Assembly: GCA_965208425.1 (NCBI GenBank)
Contig: OZ242335.1
Coordinates: 188,544-252,543 of the forward strand
From: Candidatus Poribacteria bacterium
Lineage (GTDB): Bacteria > Poribacteria > WGA-4E > PCPOR2b
DNA: 64,000 nucleotides
Direction: 5' to 3'
How positions within the stretch are numbered: the stretch's first letter is position 1; each line of letters starts with the position of its first letter. Below the pieces are notes generated by a model. It was not told the origin of the DNA, searched no databases, and was given only the letters and a program-made list of their open reading frames with translations. This document shows positions 29,460 to 40,418 of this stretch, piece by piece. Made by a program: the position numbers and the translations under genes.

Positions 29460-32156
29460 ATGCACAATCTTTTTAACACATTGCAAACCTTTGAATCCGA
29501 TGGACAACGTATCCATTACTACTCCCTTCCTGCTTTAGAAGCGCAGGGTATCGGGACAGTTTCTAACTTACCTGTCAGCATACGCATTTTGCTGGAATCG
29601 CTGCTGAGAAACTATGATGATCAGCAGATTACGGAGCAGGACATTGTGGACTTGGCAAACTGGGATCCGAAACAGCCCAAATCTGTTGAAATCCCGTTTA
29701 AGCCAGCTCGTGTGCTTGCCCAAGATTTTACGGGTGTCCCTCTCCTCGTCGATCTGGCGGCGATGCGTTCGGCGGTGGAGGAACTCGGCGGCGATCCGCA
29801 GATTATTGAGCCGCTCGTCCCTGTCGATCTGGTCATTGATCACTCCGTTCAGGTGGATGCCTATGGAACGGCGAATGCGCTACAGATTAACACCCAAAGG
29901 GAATTTGAGCGGAATAAGGAGCGGTACGAGTTCCTGAAGTGGGGGCAGCAGGCTTTTGATAAGTTTCGGGTGATTCCGCCCTCCATCGGGATCGTCCATC
30001 AGGTGAATCTGGAATATCTCGCCAAATTGGTTGTTCCTGATGCGGTCAACGGCGAAACAGTTGCTTATCCCGATACATTGGTGGGGACCGATTCCCATAC
30101 CACCATGATCAACGGTCTCGGAATCGTTGGCTGGGGTGTTGGCGGTATCGAAGCGGAAGCCGCCATGCTCGGTCAGCCGGTTTACATCCTGACACCGGAG
30201 GTGTTAGGGGTTCACATGAAAGGGACGCTCAAAGAGGGTGTAACAGCGACAGATCTCGTCCTAACGGTTGTGCAGCGATTGCGAGAGACAAACGTCGTCG
30301 GCAAATTCGTGGAGTTCTTTGGCGAAGGAGTCGAGGTGCTCTCAACCCCAGATCGAGCGACTATTTCCAACATGTGTCCCGAATACGGTGCGACGGTCGG
30401 CTTCTTTCCCTCGGATGAAGCGTCGGTGGATTACCTTCGGGCAACGGGCCGCGATGAAGCGGATCTGGAGTTGGTCACGACGTACCTGAAGAACCAGAAT
30501 ATGTTCGGTATCCCGAAAGCGGGTGAGGTGGAATATTCTGAGGTGTTGATGATTGACCTTGATGCGATTGAGCCGAGCATTGCAGGTCCGAAACGACCGC
30601 AGGATCGGATTGAACTTTCAAAAGTTAAGGAGACATTCCCGCACCTGTTGACAACACCGCTTACGGAGGGCGGCTACGGGCTTTCTCAAGGGGAGATTGT
30701 GGAGCACCGTCAGCGGGCAGAAGCCGCAGGCAGCATTACCCACGGCGATGTCGCAATCGCCGCCATCACTAGCTGCACCAACACCAGCAATCCGTCGGTG
30801 ATGATCGCCGCCGGTCTGGTTGCCAAGAAAGCGGTCGAACACGGCATCCGCGTCCCCGATTCCGTCAAGACCAGTTTAGCACCCGGATCCCGCGTTGTCA
30901 CAGAGTACCTGCAAGGGACAGGATTGTTGCCCTATCTGGAGAAGTTAGGCTTTAACGTCGTAGGATATGGCTGCACGACCTGCATCGGGAATAGTGGTCC
31001 CTTAGATGAAGAGATCCAAAGTGCGATTGAGGCGGGAAATCTGGTCGCTGTCAGCGTGTTAAGTGGTAACCGAAATTTCGAGGCACGCGTACACCGCGAT
31101 GTCAAAGCCAGCTTCCTGATGTCTCCGCCGCTCGTTGTCGCCTACGCGCTTGCCGGACGGATTGATGTCGATCTAACGAGTGAACCGTTAGGTCATAACG
31201 ATGCTAATGAACCGGTCTATTTGAGAGATGTATGGCCCACGCGACAGGAGATTGCTGATCTGATCGCCCAGTCGCTGGATGCCAACACGTTCAAACGCCT
31301 CTATGCTGAAATCGCCAACCAAGCGCCAGAATGGGATGAATTAGAGATCCCTACAGGTGAACTGTATCGCTGGAGTGAGGAGAGTACCTATATCCAGAAA
31401 CCACCGTTCTTTGAGGAGTTCGAGTTGGAACCTGCGGCAATCACAGACATTCAAGACGCAAGGGTTCTCGCTATTCTGGGAGATTCTGTCACAACAGACC
31501 ACATCTCCCCCGCCGGTGCGATTGGGGCGGACAGCCCGGCTGGAAAATATCTGATTGAACACGGTGTTGAGAGAAGAGACTTTAACACTTACGGCGCAAG
31601 GCGTGGTAACGACCGGATAATGAGTCGCGGAACGTTTGCCAATAACCGTATTAAGAACGCAATGCTACCCGATGTCGAAGGCGGTTATACTGTCACGTAT
31701 CCTTCCGGAGAGCAGACGACGATGTATGAGGCGGGTCAGCATTACCTTCAGGGCAACACGCCGCTCGTTGTTTTCACGGGTAAAGAATACGGTTCTGGCA
31801 GTTCGAGGGATTGGGCGGCGAAGGGACCCAAGCTATTGGGGGTCAAAGCCGTTGTCTCCGAAAGTTACGAGCGCATCCACCGCAGCAACCTGATCGGCAT
31901 GGGCATTTTGCCGTTGGAATTCAAGGAGGGCGAGAGCGCAGCGTCGCTCGGCTTGACGGGGAGTGAGGTTATCAGCATCACCGGTTTTGCGGACAATCTG
32001 CAACCGGGTCAAACCGCCACGATGGCATGGGTTGACGAATCGGGGACGAAGCGATCAACGGAATTGCTGATCCGAATCGATGCGCCCATTGAGGTGGAGT
32101 ACTACCAACACGGTGGGATTCTAGATTATGTTATCAGAAATCTGATGACGGATTAA
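29460..32156 (+). CDS. acnA: aconitate hydratase A
   Basis: 898 aa. Conserved aconitase A blocks throughout (e.g. [27 protein letters not shown], Cys ligands in SCTNTSN and [11 protein letters not shown], and the C-terminal swivel domain). Confidence 0.95.
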   Translation: MHNLFNTLQTFESDGQRIHYYSLPALEAQGIGTVSNLPVSIRILLESLLRNYDDQQITEQDIVDLANWDPKQPKSVEIPFKPARVLAQDFTGVPLLVDLAAMRSAVEELGGDPQIIEPLVPVDLVIDHSVQVDAYGTANALQINTQREFERNKERYEFLKWGQQAFDKFRVIPPSIGIVHQVNLEYLAKLVVPDAVNGETVAYPDTLVGTDSHTTMINGLGIVGWGVGGIEAEAAMLGQPVYILTPEVLGVHMKGTLKEGVTATDLVLTVVQRLRETNVVGKFVEFFGEGVEVLSTPDRATISNMCPEYGATVGFFPSDEASVDYLRATGRDEADLELVTTYLKNQNMFGIPKAGEVEYSEVLMIDLDAIEPSIAGPKRPQDRIELSKVKETFPHLLTTPLTEGGYGLSQGEIVEHRQRAEAAGSITHGDVAIAAITSCTNTSNPSVMIAAGLVAKKAVEHGIRVPDSVKTSLAPGSRVVTEYLQGTGLLPYLEKLGFNVVGYGCTTCIGNSGPLDEEIQSAIEAGNLVAVSVLSGNRNFEARVHRDVKASFLMSPPLVVAYALAGRIDVDLTSEPLGHNDANEPVYLRDVWPTRQEIADLIAQSLDANTFKRLYAEIANQAPEWDELEIPTGELYRWSEESTYIQKPPFFEEFELEPAAITDIQDARVLAILGDSVTTDHISPAGAIGADSPAGKYLIEHGVERRDFNTYGARRGNDRIMSRGTFANNRIKNAMLPDVEGGYTVTYPSGEQTTMYEAGQHYLQGNTPLVVFTGKEYGSGSSRDWAAKGPKLLGVKAVVSESYERIHRSNLIGMGILPLEFKEGESAASLGLTGSEVISITGFADNLQPGQTATMAWVDESGTKRSTELLIRIDAPIEVEYYQHGGILDYVIRNLMTD

Positions 32157-32164
32157 AGCAAGCT

Positions 32165-32338
32165 ATGGTCAATCCTAAAAATAAATAGACACTTTCGCCC
32201 CTGGTAGGTGCGGTTTTCAACCGCACTGCATCGGCGAGTTAGAAACAGCGCCTACCAAACGGTAGAGCGGTAGTTTCGTTTTCCTAACCGCCCCGGTTTG
32301 GAGTGTCTCATTAATTCTATGATCCACTATAAATCCGA
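32165..32338. mobile_element. MITE family 1 copy, full length, inverse orientation
   Basis: cctaaaaataaatagacactttcgcccctggtaggtgcgg ... ccggtttggagtgtctcattaattctatgatccactat. Confidence 0.7.
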
Positions 32339-32548
32339 CTTTTTGATTAATCGAAAAGGAATATCTGCTTTCTTTAATACTTCAATGTGGTGTTGCCCAA
32401 CAATGTAGGTACTATTGGGTAAGCAACCTGCCTGTCCTGTATTTAGAATCAGATAAAATCCTTCGGTCGCATGTTCGGGTTCAAACCGAATAATATGTCC
32501 TTGATTGGAATATTGGGAAAGCTGTACCCTGCTATTTTGCTGCTGCAT
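32327..32548 (-). CDS. small hypothetical protein (73 aa)
   Basis: ORF with an AAGGAAGG RBS. The 3' end overlaps a MITE1 terminus. Confidence 0.4.
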   Translation of the reverse strand: MQQQNSRVQLSQYSNQGHIIRFEPEHATEGFYLILNTGQAGCLPNSTYIVGQHHIEVLKKADIPFRLIKKSDL

Positions 32549-32675
32549 GATTCAATCCTTCCTTTCCATTATCTCGCCGGTGCTCCATGTTTGCCTTTAG
32601 TATAACACGATTGCAATAAGAAAATCAAAAGGATCTGAAGTCGGATTCGATTAAGAAACTTACCAATTAACCCTC

Positions 32676-34700
32676 CTAAATCAGGGTGAGAATGAGGCTG
32701 TAGTTTTCATTAAGGTGGACTTCTGTACCGGACGGTATAAACGTTGTCGAATCGATCTCTTCAATAATCGCCGGACCCGAGAACCGTGAACCTACCGACA
32801 AACCATCCCGCCGATAAACGGGCATCTCTACGGCGTGGGTTGCGGATTCATAAACAGGACGTGGGATACTGTGCCGGGCACTCTCGGAAGAGGCCCCTAA
32901 ACTAATCTTCGGATGCTGTGCGGCTTCAGAGATGGAGACCTTCAGGTGTACTAGTTCGATCGTCTCATCCTCGAAATGATACCCGTAAAATTGATGATGC
33001 CGCTCGTGAAACCGACCGATCGCTCCCCGCAAACCTTCCTCTGAACGATACTCGATATCCTGTTCGTAGTTCTGCTGATAATACCGCATACTGATGAACA
33101 ACGTCTCCCGTGGTTCTCCTCGTACACCTTCCCGCTCAAGTTCCTCTCGCGCTTCCAGTCGCATAGGAGCAAATCGCGCTTGGAGGTCGCTATCGGTGAC
33201 ATCTGGATCTCGCCCAGCAAAGGTATGAACCTTTTCGACACGCAGTTCGGAAATGGCAGCACCAAAGGCAGAACATAGGCCCGGATGGGGCGGCACGACA
33301 ACGGTTTGGATGCCCAGCTTTTTAGCGATTGCAACAGCATGGAGAGGACCCGCACCGCCAAACGCCAGGAGTGCGAAGTCACGGGGATCGATCCCCCGTT
33401 CTATAGTCAGCAAACGGATGGCGTTCGTCATATTCTCATCGGCGATCTCGACGATCGATGTGGCTGCTTCCTGTTCGGAAACTCCCATACGACTCGCTAG
33501 TTTTTCAATAGCCTTTTTAGCTAGCGCAGGATAGAGTGGTAACTCTCCGCCGAGGAAGAAGCTAGGGTTGAGACGCCCTAGCACCAAGTTTGCGTCGGTC
33601 ACTGTGGCTTGCGTCCCATCTGTCCCGTAGCAAGCGGGCCCCGGCACCGCCCCGGCACTCTCAGGTCCAACGTTCAGCATACCCCCTTTATCGATCCAAG
33701 CGATAGAACCGCCTCCTGCCCCCAGTGTACGGACTTCAATGATAGGAATTGCGACCGGAAGTCCCCATTCAATCTCGAAGGCTGTGGTAAACTGCTGCTC
33801 CCCATCAAGCACCAAACCGACATCGCAGCTAGTTCCCCCCATATCGAGGGTAATTGCGTTCTGGAATCCCGCCGTTTCTGCGAAGTATTTTCCCCCAACA
33901 ATACCGCCAGCCAAGCCCGATAGCAGGATATCGACAGGACGTTCGGGTGCGTTGGTGAGAAGTGTGGTGCCGCCATCGGATTTGAGAAACGAGCAGGGAC
34001 CTTTGACATCATTTTCTTCCAAAGCGTTTCCAATGTTGTGGCAGTAGCTTTGGATGAGCGGCTTGACAAAAGCATCAGCCAAAAGGGTGCTAGACCGTTC
34101 ATACTCCCGCCAGATTGGGGCTACTTGATGCGATAGGGAGATGGGGATATGCGGAAAGGCTTCCTCAAGAAATCTGCCTACCTCCAGTTCATGGGTGGGG
34201 TTGATGTACGAAAAGAGTAGACAGAGGGCAATCGCTTCAACCTCTTGATTATGCGGCCGTGCCTCAATATCGGTCTTTAGCGCGGCAAGCGTGTCAGCGG
34301 TCAGGGGTAGGACAACCTCTCCTTGGGCGTTAATCCGTTCCTTCACGCCGAGGCAGTTCCGTCGCTTCACCAGCGGCTCCGGCTTGAGCCAATGTAGATC
34401 GTACTCCTTCTTTCGATTGATGCGTTGGATGAACGGGACATCCTCAAATCCAGCCGTGGTGATAAATACGACATTCGCCCCGGTCCGCTGGAGAATAGCG
34501 TTGGTGGCAACCGTTGTGCCGTGCACGATGCGTTCGATAGCTTCAAACGGTATTTCTGATTTCTCCAGTACACCCAAGAACGCCCGCATCGGTGCTTCCG
34601 GCGTGGAAGGATGCTTGGCAACTCGCACATCACCATCCGCCGAAATTGCGACTAGGTCTGTAAAGGTGCCGCCGGTATCAATGCCGATCGTGCTGGGCAC
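32676..34700 (-). CDS. hydantoinase/oxoprolinase family protein (HyuA-like, hydantoinase A / acetone carboxylase beta-type)
   Basis: N-terminal GIDTGGTFTD hallmark and a second ATPase-fold block (DMGGTSCDV). 674 aa. Confidence 0.85.
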   Translation of the reverse strand: MPSTIGIDTGGTFTDLVAISADGDVRVAKHPSTPEAPMRAFLGVLEKSEIPFEAIERIVHGTTVATNAILQRTGANVVFITTAGFEDVPFIQRINRKKEYDLHWLKPEPLVKRRNCLGVKERINAQGEVVLPLTADTLAALKTDIEARPHNQEVEAIALCLLFSYINPTHELEVGRFLEEAFPHIPISLSHQVAPIWREYERSSTLLADAFVKPLIQSYCHNIGNALEENDVKGPCSFLKSDGGTTLLTNAPERPVDILLSGLAGGIVGGKYFAETAGFQNAITLDMGGTSCDVGLVLDGEQQFTTAFEIEWGLPVAIPIIEVRTLGAGGGSIAWIDKGGMLNVGPESAGAVPGPACYGTDGTQATVTDANLVLGRLNPSFFLGGELPLYPALAKKAIEKLASRMGVSEQEAATSIVEIADENMTNAIRLLTIERGIDPRDFALLAFGGAGPLHAVAIAKKLGIQTVVVPPHPGLCSAFGAAISELRVEKVHTFAGRDPDVTDSDLQARFAPMRLEAREELEREGVRGEPRETLFISMRYYQQNYEQDIEYRSEEGLRGAIGRFHERHHQFYGYHFEDETIELVHLKVSISEAAQHPKISLGASSESARHSIPRPVYESATHAVEMPVYRRDGLSVGSRFSGPAIIEEIDSTTFIPSGTEVHLNENYSLILTLI

Positions 34701-34737
34701 GTGTGCTTTCCTCCCGTAAGTTCAGAGCTCATTTATT

Positions 34738-34782
34738 GCAAAGAAACCGAGTTTTCAAGAAAAAACTCGGTTTCAGGGATCA
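34738..34782. repeat. MITE2-derived palindromic fragment (aaagaaaccgagttttcaagaaaaaactcggtttc), hairpin immediately 3' of the hydantoinase gene
   Basis: Matches the MITE2 core. May act as a terminator for the upstream minus-strand gene. Confidence 0.4.
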
Positions 34783-36261
34783 TCCATCTGTTTCAGGGTA
34801 GATCTGATCCCAAGGCATAGGGTAAGTCCGTTCCCAACCGACGCGACCAAAGTCTGGGCTACTAGAGTAGCTGTAGGTATAGGTGCGTTGAGGGAAGAAT
34901 GCCTCTTGGGTCAAGCGCATTATTTCTGCCGTCAATTCGGCATCCATGCGGTGAAATACATCGGCAGCTTGGGGGTCATACGCCAAGTTGTGCTGCTCGT
35001 TTGGATCGTCTGTGAGGTTAAACAGGTGCACCCCTTGAGCGTATTTACACAGTTTCCATGTGCCATCAAACCACATCCAACCGTTGTGCAACAGTCCCAT
35101 AATAGCGTCCCTTCGCGCTTCGTCTGTGAAACCTAAGCCGGGCAGCGGAGCGGCATCCATGTAGGCAGGAATCTTGCAACCCGCTATACCGAGTATGGTA
35201 GCAGTGACATCAGTAAGCGTGACAAGGTCTTCGCAGATAACAGTCTCTTGGAACTCCGGATGGCTCACCAACATCGGAACATGGCAGGCGGCTTCATAGT
35301 AGGATGCTTTGCCGCTGAGTCCGTGATCCCCTAAGTAATCTCCGTGGTCAGAGGCGAAGATAATTACTGTGTTGTCGCGGATACCTTTTTGGTTCAACGC
35401 CTCAACAATGCAGCCGACTTCATGGTCAATCTGTTTAACCAATCCAGCGTAGCAGGCACGTTGTAGCATGTAATGCTCGTATGTTGGACTGTTTTCGTTC
35501 TGAGTAGCGTACCACGATTTCTGAGATGATTCCGAGCGAGAGGGTCGACTTGGTCGCATCAATTTCGTGTTTTCAGGGACAGCGGGCAGTGGTGCGGGCA
35601 TATCTTCAGGTTGGAAGGTCGCGTATTCCGGCGCAGGGTCGTATGGGTTGTGCGGTCCCGGGAAGCCGACCATCATGGCAAAGGGTTGATCGCCGTTGTA
35701 CGCCTCAATCCATTGTGCTGCTTCATCGCCAACGAAGTGGTCGACCGAGTATTCCCACGGGATAGGGCTAATCAGAGCGCCGAAATTCTTGTGATAGTCA
35801 GGTTCATCGAAGAAAGCAGTCTTGGCATAGCCGTGGGCTTGAAGAAGGTGGTCATAGTCGTCCTGAATATAGCCCCAAAGTTTGTCTTCAGCGATAATGC
35901 GACGCTGAAAACCCAGACGCTTCTCCCAAGGGTAAAAGTGCATCTTGCCAACAGCGATGGTGTAGTAATCGTGCGCGTTAAGTAGTCCGGGCCACGTCGC
36001 CAATCCGCACGCGCGATAATCCGGACGTAGGAACTGACCGTTGTCAAGTACGCCAGTCTTGAGACCGTTCATACCGGTCATAAGCGCGACGCGTGCCGGA
36101 ACGCATACCGGATGCTCTGAGTAAGCGCGGCTATAACGAACCCCTTGCGTTCCCAGCGCATCAATGTGAGGGGTATCAATAAATTCAGCGCCGTAGCAAC
36201 TGAGGAAGTCAGCGCGTAACTGATCGGGCATGATGAAGATGATGTTGGGTTTCTGATTCAT
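34780..36261 (-). CDS. Cys-type sulfatase (arylsulfatase family); no signal peptide
   Basis: IIFIMPDQLRAD N-terminus. FGly motif CVPAR in HPVCVPARVALMTG. 493 aa. Confidence 0.9.
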   Translation of the reverse strand: MNQKPNIIFIMPDQLRADFLSCYGAEFIDTPHIDALGTQGVRYSRAYSEHPVCVPARVALMTGMNGLKTGVLDNGQFLRPDYRACGLATWPGLLNAHDYYTIAVGKMHFYPWEKRLGFQRRIIAEDKLWGYIQDDYDHLLQAHGYAKTAFFDEPDYHKNFGALISPIPWEYSVDHFVGDEAAQWIEAYNGDQPFAMMVGFPGPHNPYDPAPEYATFQPEDMPAPLPAVPENTKLMRPSRPSRSESSQKSWYATQNENSPTYEHYMLQRACYAGLVKQIDHEVGCIVEALNQKGIRDNTVIIFASDHGDYLGDHGLSGKASYYEAACHVPMLVSHPEFQETVICEDLVTLTDVTATILGIAGCKIPAYMDAAPLPGLGFTDEARRDAIMGLLHNGWMWFDGTWKLCKYAQGVHLFNLTDDPNEQHNLAYDPQAADVFHRMDAELTAEIMRLTQEAFFPQRTYTYSYSSSPDFGRVGWERTYPMPWDQIYPETDG

Positions 36262-36475
36262 GGAGGTCCTTTTCCCACCGGTTTTGCTGTATAGCTGAAT
36301 GCATCATAGCAGAATCTTCGGCATTTCGCAACGGTAAAATCTGCCCATTTGTAACGATTATTGATTAAGTCCGAAACTGAAATCGAGTTTTTTCGTATAT
36401 GATGTCAAGCAATGTTTTATACTCAGATAGTGAATTAACAATCAAAATCTAAAATTCGATATTGGAGAATGGATA

Positions 36476-36631
36476 ATGCTTAATAGTGTTGGAATCATCT
36501 TAGGAGTCGCTTGCTCCCTCATAGGAATTGCAGGTGGATACCTCCTTCTTTCAACTGTTTTTGCTGGTATTCAGTTAATTTCCAAGCACCGTATGTTAGA
36601 CCAAAACATGGAGAAAAAACTTGACACCTGA
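36476..36631 (+). CDS. small hydrophobic peptide (51 aa, one TM segment), my own call
   Basis: ATG preceded by GGAGA at 7 nt. MLNSVGIILGVACSLIGIAGGYLLLSTVFAGIQLISKHRMLDQNMEKKLDT. Below the track's size cut-off. Confidence 0.3.
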   Translation: MLNSVGIILGVACSLIGIAGGYLLLSTVFAGIQLISKHRMLDQNMEKKLDT

Positions 36632-36779
36632 ACCCCCTTGTGGGTAGCATATAACGCAGTTTTGCTATTTGTTCTTACCCCTCTGCCAACTTTGATATTG
36701 ATGGTTTCAAACCTGCCCAAGGTTATCCCAATCTCATTGATGTGCACGGAAAAAGCTATCCATAAGCCGGTGTTCAGCC

Positions 36780-37487
36780 ATGAATTATCAGGAGTTCCAT
36801 TCGTGGGAGATAACTCCCGCTGAGGCACGCCAGATCCAAAATGAACTGCGTAGTCAGGTGATATCCACAGATCGATTTGGCGACATCAAAACAGTCGCTG
36901 GGGTCGATCTTGGGTTTAAGCAAGACATCGCCCGTGCGTCAGTTGTGGTGTTGAGTTTTCCGGAGCTGCAGCTGATTGATGGCGTCCTCGTTGAAAGCCC
37001 TGTCTCCTTTCCTTATATACCCGGTCTATTATCTTTCCGCGAAACCCCTCCTCTTCTCAAAGCCTTTACCCAACTTAATACCGAACCAGATCTCATTATT
37101 GCTGATGGACAAGGGATCGCCCACCCGAGGCGCTTTGGAATAGCGTCGCATCTGGGATTAATTTTAGACAAACCAACGGTGGGGTGTGCGAAGTCGCGTC
37201 TATGGGGCAAACACAAACAACCCCAAGATGAAGCGGGTTCGATTGAATATTTGTACGACAAGGACGAAATTATCGGCGCGGCAGTTCGTACACGGTCCAA
37301 TGTCAGTGTGGTTTATATTTCGGTCGGGCATCAAATCTCTCTAGATTCAGCGATTCGGGTGACGCTCGCCTGCTGTCGACAGTACAGACTACCGGAAACG
37401 ACGAGATATGCACACCGAGCGGCAGCGGGACAAATTTCCCTACCCAAAAAACAGACTGAAGCGGAAAAGCAGCTTACACTATTTTAG
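36780..37487 (+). CDS. nfi: endonuclease V (deoxyinosine 3' endonuclease)
   Basis: [16 protein letters not shown] and [18 protein letters not shown] motifs. 235 aa. Confidence 0.85.
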   Translation: MNYQEFHSWEITPAEARQIQNELRSQVISTDRFGDIKTVAGVDLGFKQDIARASVVVLSFPELQLIDGVLVESPVSFPYIPGLLSFRETPPLLKAFTQLNTEPDLIIADGQGIAHPRRFGIASHLGLILDKPTVGCAKSRLWGKHKQPQDEAGSIEYLYDKDEIIGAAVRTRSNVSVVYISVGHQISLDSAIRVTLACCRQYRLPETTRYAHRAAAGQISLPKKQTEAEKQLTLF

Positions 37488-37498
37488 AAGGAATCAAA

Positions 37499-38380
37499 AT
37501 GAGCATTCTTGTAAATAAAGATACAAAAGTGGTTGTTCAAGGGATTACGGGTCGATCGGGCCGATTCCATACGCAGCAGTGCGTGGAGTACGGCACAAAA
37601 ATCGTTGCAGGCGTTACCCCCGGCAGGGGTGGCTCAGATGTTGATGGCATCCCCGTTTACGACACTGTTTCCGAAGCGGTTATGGGGGCAGGAGCGGAGG
37701 TGTCCGTCATCTTTGTGCCGGCGAGGTTTAACGCTGCAGATTCGATTATGGAAGCCGCCGATGCAGGTATACGATTGGTTATCTGTATTACGGAGGGTAT
37801 CCCTGCCCTCGATATGGTAAAAGCCAAACGGTATTTGGAGGACAAACCGACACGGCTGATTGGTCCAAACTGCCCCGGCGTCATCACGCCCGGCGAATGC
37901 AAGATCGGGATTATGCCCGGCTATATTCATCGCCCCGGCAAAATCGGCATCGTTTCCCGCAGCGGGACATTGACGTATGAAGCGGTAGATCAGGTGACGA
38001 AGCTCGGGATGGGGCAATCCACTTGTGTCGGCATTGGTGGTGATCCGGTCATCGGTACGAATTTTGTTGATGTATTGGCGCTGTTTGAGACGGATACCGA
38101 TACAGAGGCGGTGCTCATGATCGGCGAAATTGGTGGGACCGCGGAGGAAACAGCGGCTCAATTCGTAAAGGAAAACATGACCAAACCGGTCGTCAGTTTT
38201 ATCGCCGGGCAGACAGCACCACCCGGCAAGCGGATGGGACATGCCGGAGCGATTATCTCCGGCGGACAGGGCACGGCGGCGGAGAAGATTGAAGCGTTGG
38301 AAGCGGCTGGCATCGCTGTCGCCGAAAGCCCTGCTACGATTGGGGAAACGTTGGTGCGGTGGCTTGAAGCAAGGGGATAG
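37499..38380 (+). CDS. sucD: succinate--CoA ligase alpha subunit (CoA-binding NAD(P) domain + CoA-ligase domain)
   Basis: [10 protein letters not shown], phosphohistidine loop context (..SRSGTLTYE..), and GHAGAII. 293 aa. No sucC adjacent. Confidence 0.85.
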   Translation: MSILVNKDTKVVVQGITGRSGRFHTQQCVEYGTKIVAGVTPGRGGSDVDGIPVYDTVSEAVMGAGAEVSVIFVPARFNAADSIMEAADAGIRLVICITEGIPALDMVKAKRYLEDKPTRLIGPNCPGVITPGECKIGIMPGYIHRPGKIGIVSRSGTLTYEAVDQVTKLGMGQSTCVGIGGDPVIGTNFVDVLALFETDTDTEAVLMIGEIGGTAEETAAQFVKENMTKPVVSFIAGQTAPPGKRMGHAGAIISGGQGTAAEKIEALEAAGIAVAESPATIGETLVRWLEARG

Positions 38381-38480
38381 ATACAATTATCTCATTGACT
38401 TCAAGCGGAAAATCGGCTACGATATGAAAAGGGTCGGGAGGTTGCTCCCCCGACCTAGAGTGGACGCGTGTTGAGGTCTA

Positions 38481-39041
38481 TTAATTATTTTTCGCTCCTT
38501 CATCGATCCAGTCTTTGAAGAGTTGGATTTGGTCCTCAGGCAACGGTCCAGCCGGTGGCATGCCACCGCCATCAATCCGCTGGATAACCTTACTTCCGTT
38601 GCTATCTCCAGGGTTAAACACGGGACCAACAAGGCTACCTTTCTCAAAGCCTGCGTACGTCTCCAAATTGAGTCCTATCTTTGGATTGGGGTCAGCATGG
38701 CATCCTTGGACAGCACAACTCGCTTGAAGAATAGGTAAAATCTCTTCTTGGAACGAAACACCGGGTGGTGGTTCGGGTTGTTGCTCTGGTTGAGGTGGTG
38801 GTTCAGGTTGTTGCACTGGTTGAGGTTCGGGTTGTTCCTGGGGTGGTGGTTCGGGTTCCTGCTGCGGCACTGGTTGCGGTGTCGGTTCTGAGACAGGCTC
38901 TGGTTCGGGCGTAACGACATCACCACTTATATCATCGTCATCATCACCACTATCGCCACATCCTGTGACAAAGATAGGAAATACTAAGACAGCCAAACAA
39001 CTAATTGCGGTTACTAACAGATTTAAGCGTGAATACTCCAC
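38481..39041 (-). CDS. lipoprotein with Pro/Glu-rich linker and a Planctomycete cytochrome c-like (PSCyt1) domain
   Basis: I re-called the start at in-frame GTG 39041, preceded by AAGGAG at 8 nt. Lipobox VTGCGD. C-terminal ...ILPILQASCAVQGCH...GGMPP...LPEDQIQLFKDWIDEGA fits PSCyt1 with a CX4CH variant. The track's longer N-terminus has no RBS. Confidence 0.6.
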   Translation of the reverse strand: MEYSRLNLLVTAISCLAVLVFPIFVTGCGDSGDDDDDISGDVVTPEPEPVSEPTPQPVPQQEPEPPPQEQPEPQPVQQPEPPPQPEQQPEPPPGVSFQEEILPILQASCAVQGCHADPNPKIGLNLETYAGFEKGSLVGPVFNPGDSNGSKVIQRIDGGGMPPAGPLPEDQIQLFKDWIDEGAKNN

Positions 39042-39317
39042 GGTTGTTGCTCCTTTCAAATTGAGAATGTGAAATTTTAGGCTGGAAACCGTCCGAAATC
39101 TGTAAGGACGCTTCCAAAACCAAGAGGAGATTGACAAATGAAAACACTGGAAACAACCCCAATGCTTTAGCGTTGGGTCAGATGGCGTAATTTTGATTGA
39201 TAGTGACATCAAAATATGGCATAATTCCTTTGTCCTTGTGGGAAAGTTCTACGCCACCGCCCGGTGGTGTCTCCCACACCTTTTAGAACAAGGTGTAAGG
39301 CCAAACAGGACACACCC

Positions 39318-40418
39318 ATGTTAAAAACTCACAAAATAGCCTTAGATACAAACAACGTCCAAGCGACACAATTCGCTCAACATTGCGGCTATGCTCGTGT
39401 TGCTTACAATCACGTTCTTGCTGATTTTAAGGCTGGTTTAGCCAATGACGAGTGGTATAGCCATATAGAGTTAAACAAACGTTTTAATTCTGTCAAGCGT
39501 GAGCAATATGAGTGGTGTGACGAGTTAAACCAACGTGCTGCTCACAATGCGATTTACTTCAACTTTCAGAATGCTGTTAAGCGTTGGCAGTCAGGTCAGG
39601 GTCGTTTTCCAAAGTTCAAGAAGCGTTCCAAAGGTCAAAGTTTCCAAGCGGATGCAGGTCGAGGCACAACTATTATCGAAGGACAGCGTATAAAACTACC
39701 CAAGATGGGTTGGGTTCGTATGTTCCAAACACTTCGACACCTCGGCACTATCGTCAAAGTTGTCATCTCAAAGACAGCTAACCGTTGGTTCGCTTCTATT
39801 ACTGTAGATACTTTCGATAACGATACTATTGTTGACAATCGCCATTTACCTGTTGTTGGTGTTGACGTAGGTATCAAGCACTTAGCTGTCACGTCCGAAG
39901 GTGTATATCACGAAAACCCCAAAGCCTTAAAGCGTTACCAGCGGAAGCTAAAACGGCTGCAACGTCAGTTAAGCCGTCGAAAGAAAGGGAGTCGGAATTG
40001 GCGTAAAACGAAAGCCAAGATTGCCAAGCTGCACTACCGAATCACCTGTATCCGACAAGATGCCCAACATAAGGCAACAACGGCTATCGTCAACGGTGCG
40101 AGTCGTATTGGGATGGAGTCGCTAAATGTTGCAGGTATGTTAAAAAACCACAGACTTGCAAAGGCATTATCGGACGCTTCGCTATCCAGTTTTCTCACGA
40201 TGCTTGCCTACAAATCAGAACGGATAGGTGTTAAAATTGTAGAGGCAGACACCTTCTACCCGTCGAGTCAGACGTGCTCGGCTTGTGGGGCAAAAGACAA
40301 AGCCCTGTCACTATCGGATAGGACGTACCATTGCAGTGATTGTGGTCATACACAAGACAGGGACCTTAACGCTGCAATTAACCTACGAAACGTCGCCATG
40401 GGACACACGGAGACTTAA
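39318..40418 (+). CDS. tnpB: TnpB (OrfB) RNA-guided endonuclease / IS605-family accessory protein
   Basis: RuvC-I VGVDVGIK, RuvC-II GMESLNV, zinc finger CSACG...CSDCGH, and RuvC-III DRDLNAAINL are all intact. Start at ATG 39318 (MLKTHKIALD) with an AGGA RBS. Confidence 0.85.
   Translation: MLKTHKIALDTNNVQATQFAQHCGYARVAYNHVLADFKAGLANDEWYSHIELNKRFNSVKREQYEWCDELNQRAAHNAIYFNFQNAVKRWQSGQGRFPKFKKRSKGQSFQADAGRGTTIIEGQRIKLPKMGWVRMFQTLRHLGTIVKVVISKTANRWFASITVDTFDNDTIVDNRHLPVVGVDVGIKHLAVTSEGVYHENPKALKRYQRKLKRLQRQLSRRKKGSRNWRKTKAKIAKLHYRITCIRQDAQHKATTAIVNGASRIGMESLNVAGMLKNHRLAKALSDASLSSFLTMLAYKSERIGVKIVEADTFYPSSQTCSACGAKDKALSLSDRTYHCSDCGHTQDRDLNAAINLRNVAMGHTET

Noticed and set aside
37634-38386. 250-aa minus-strand ORF
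   Set aside because: Fully antisense to the strongly supported sucD gene. Arg/Pro-rich low-complexity translation.
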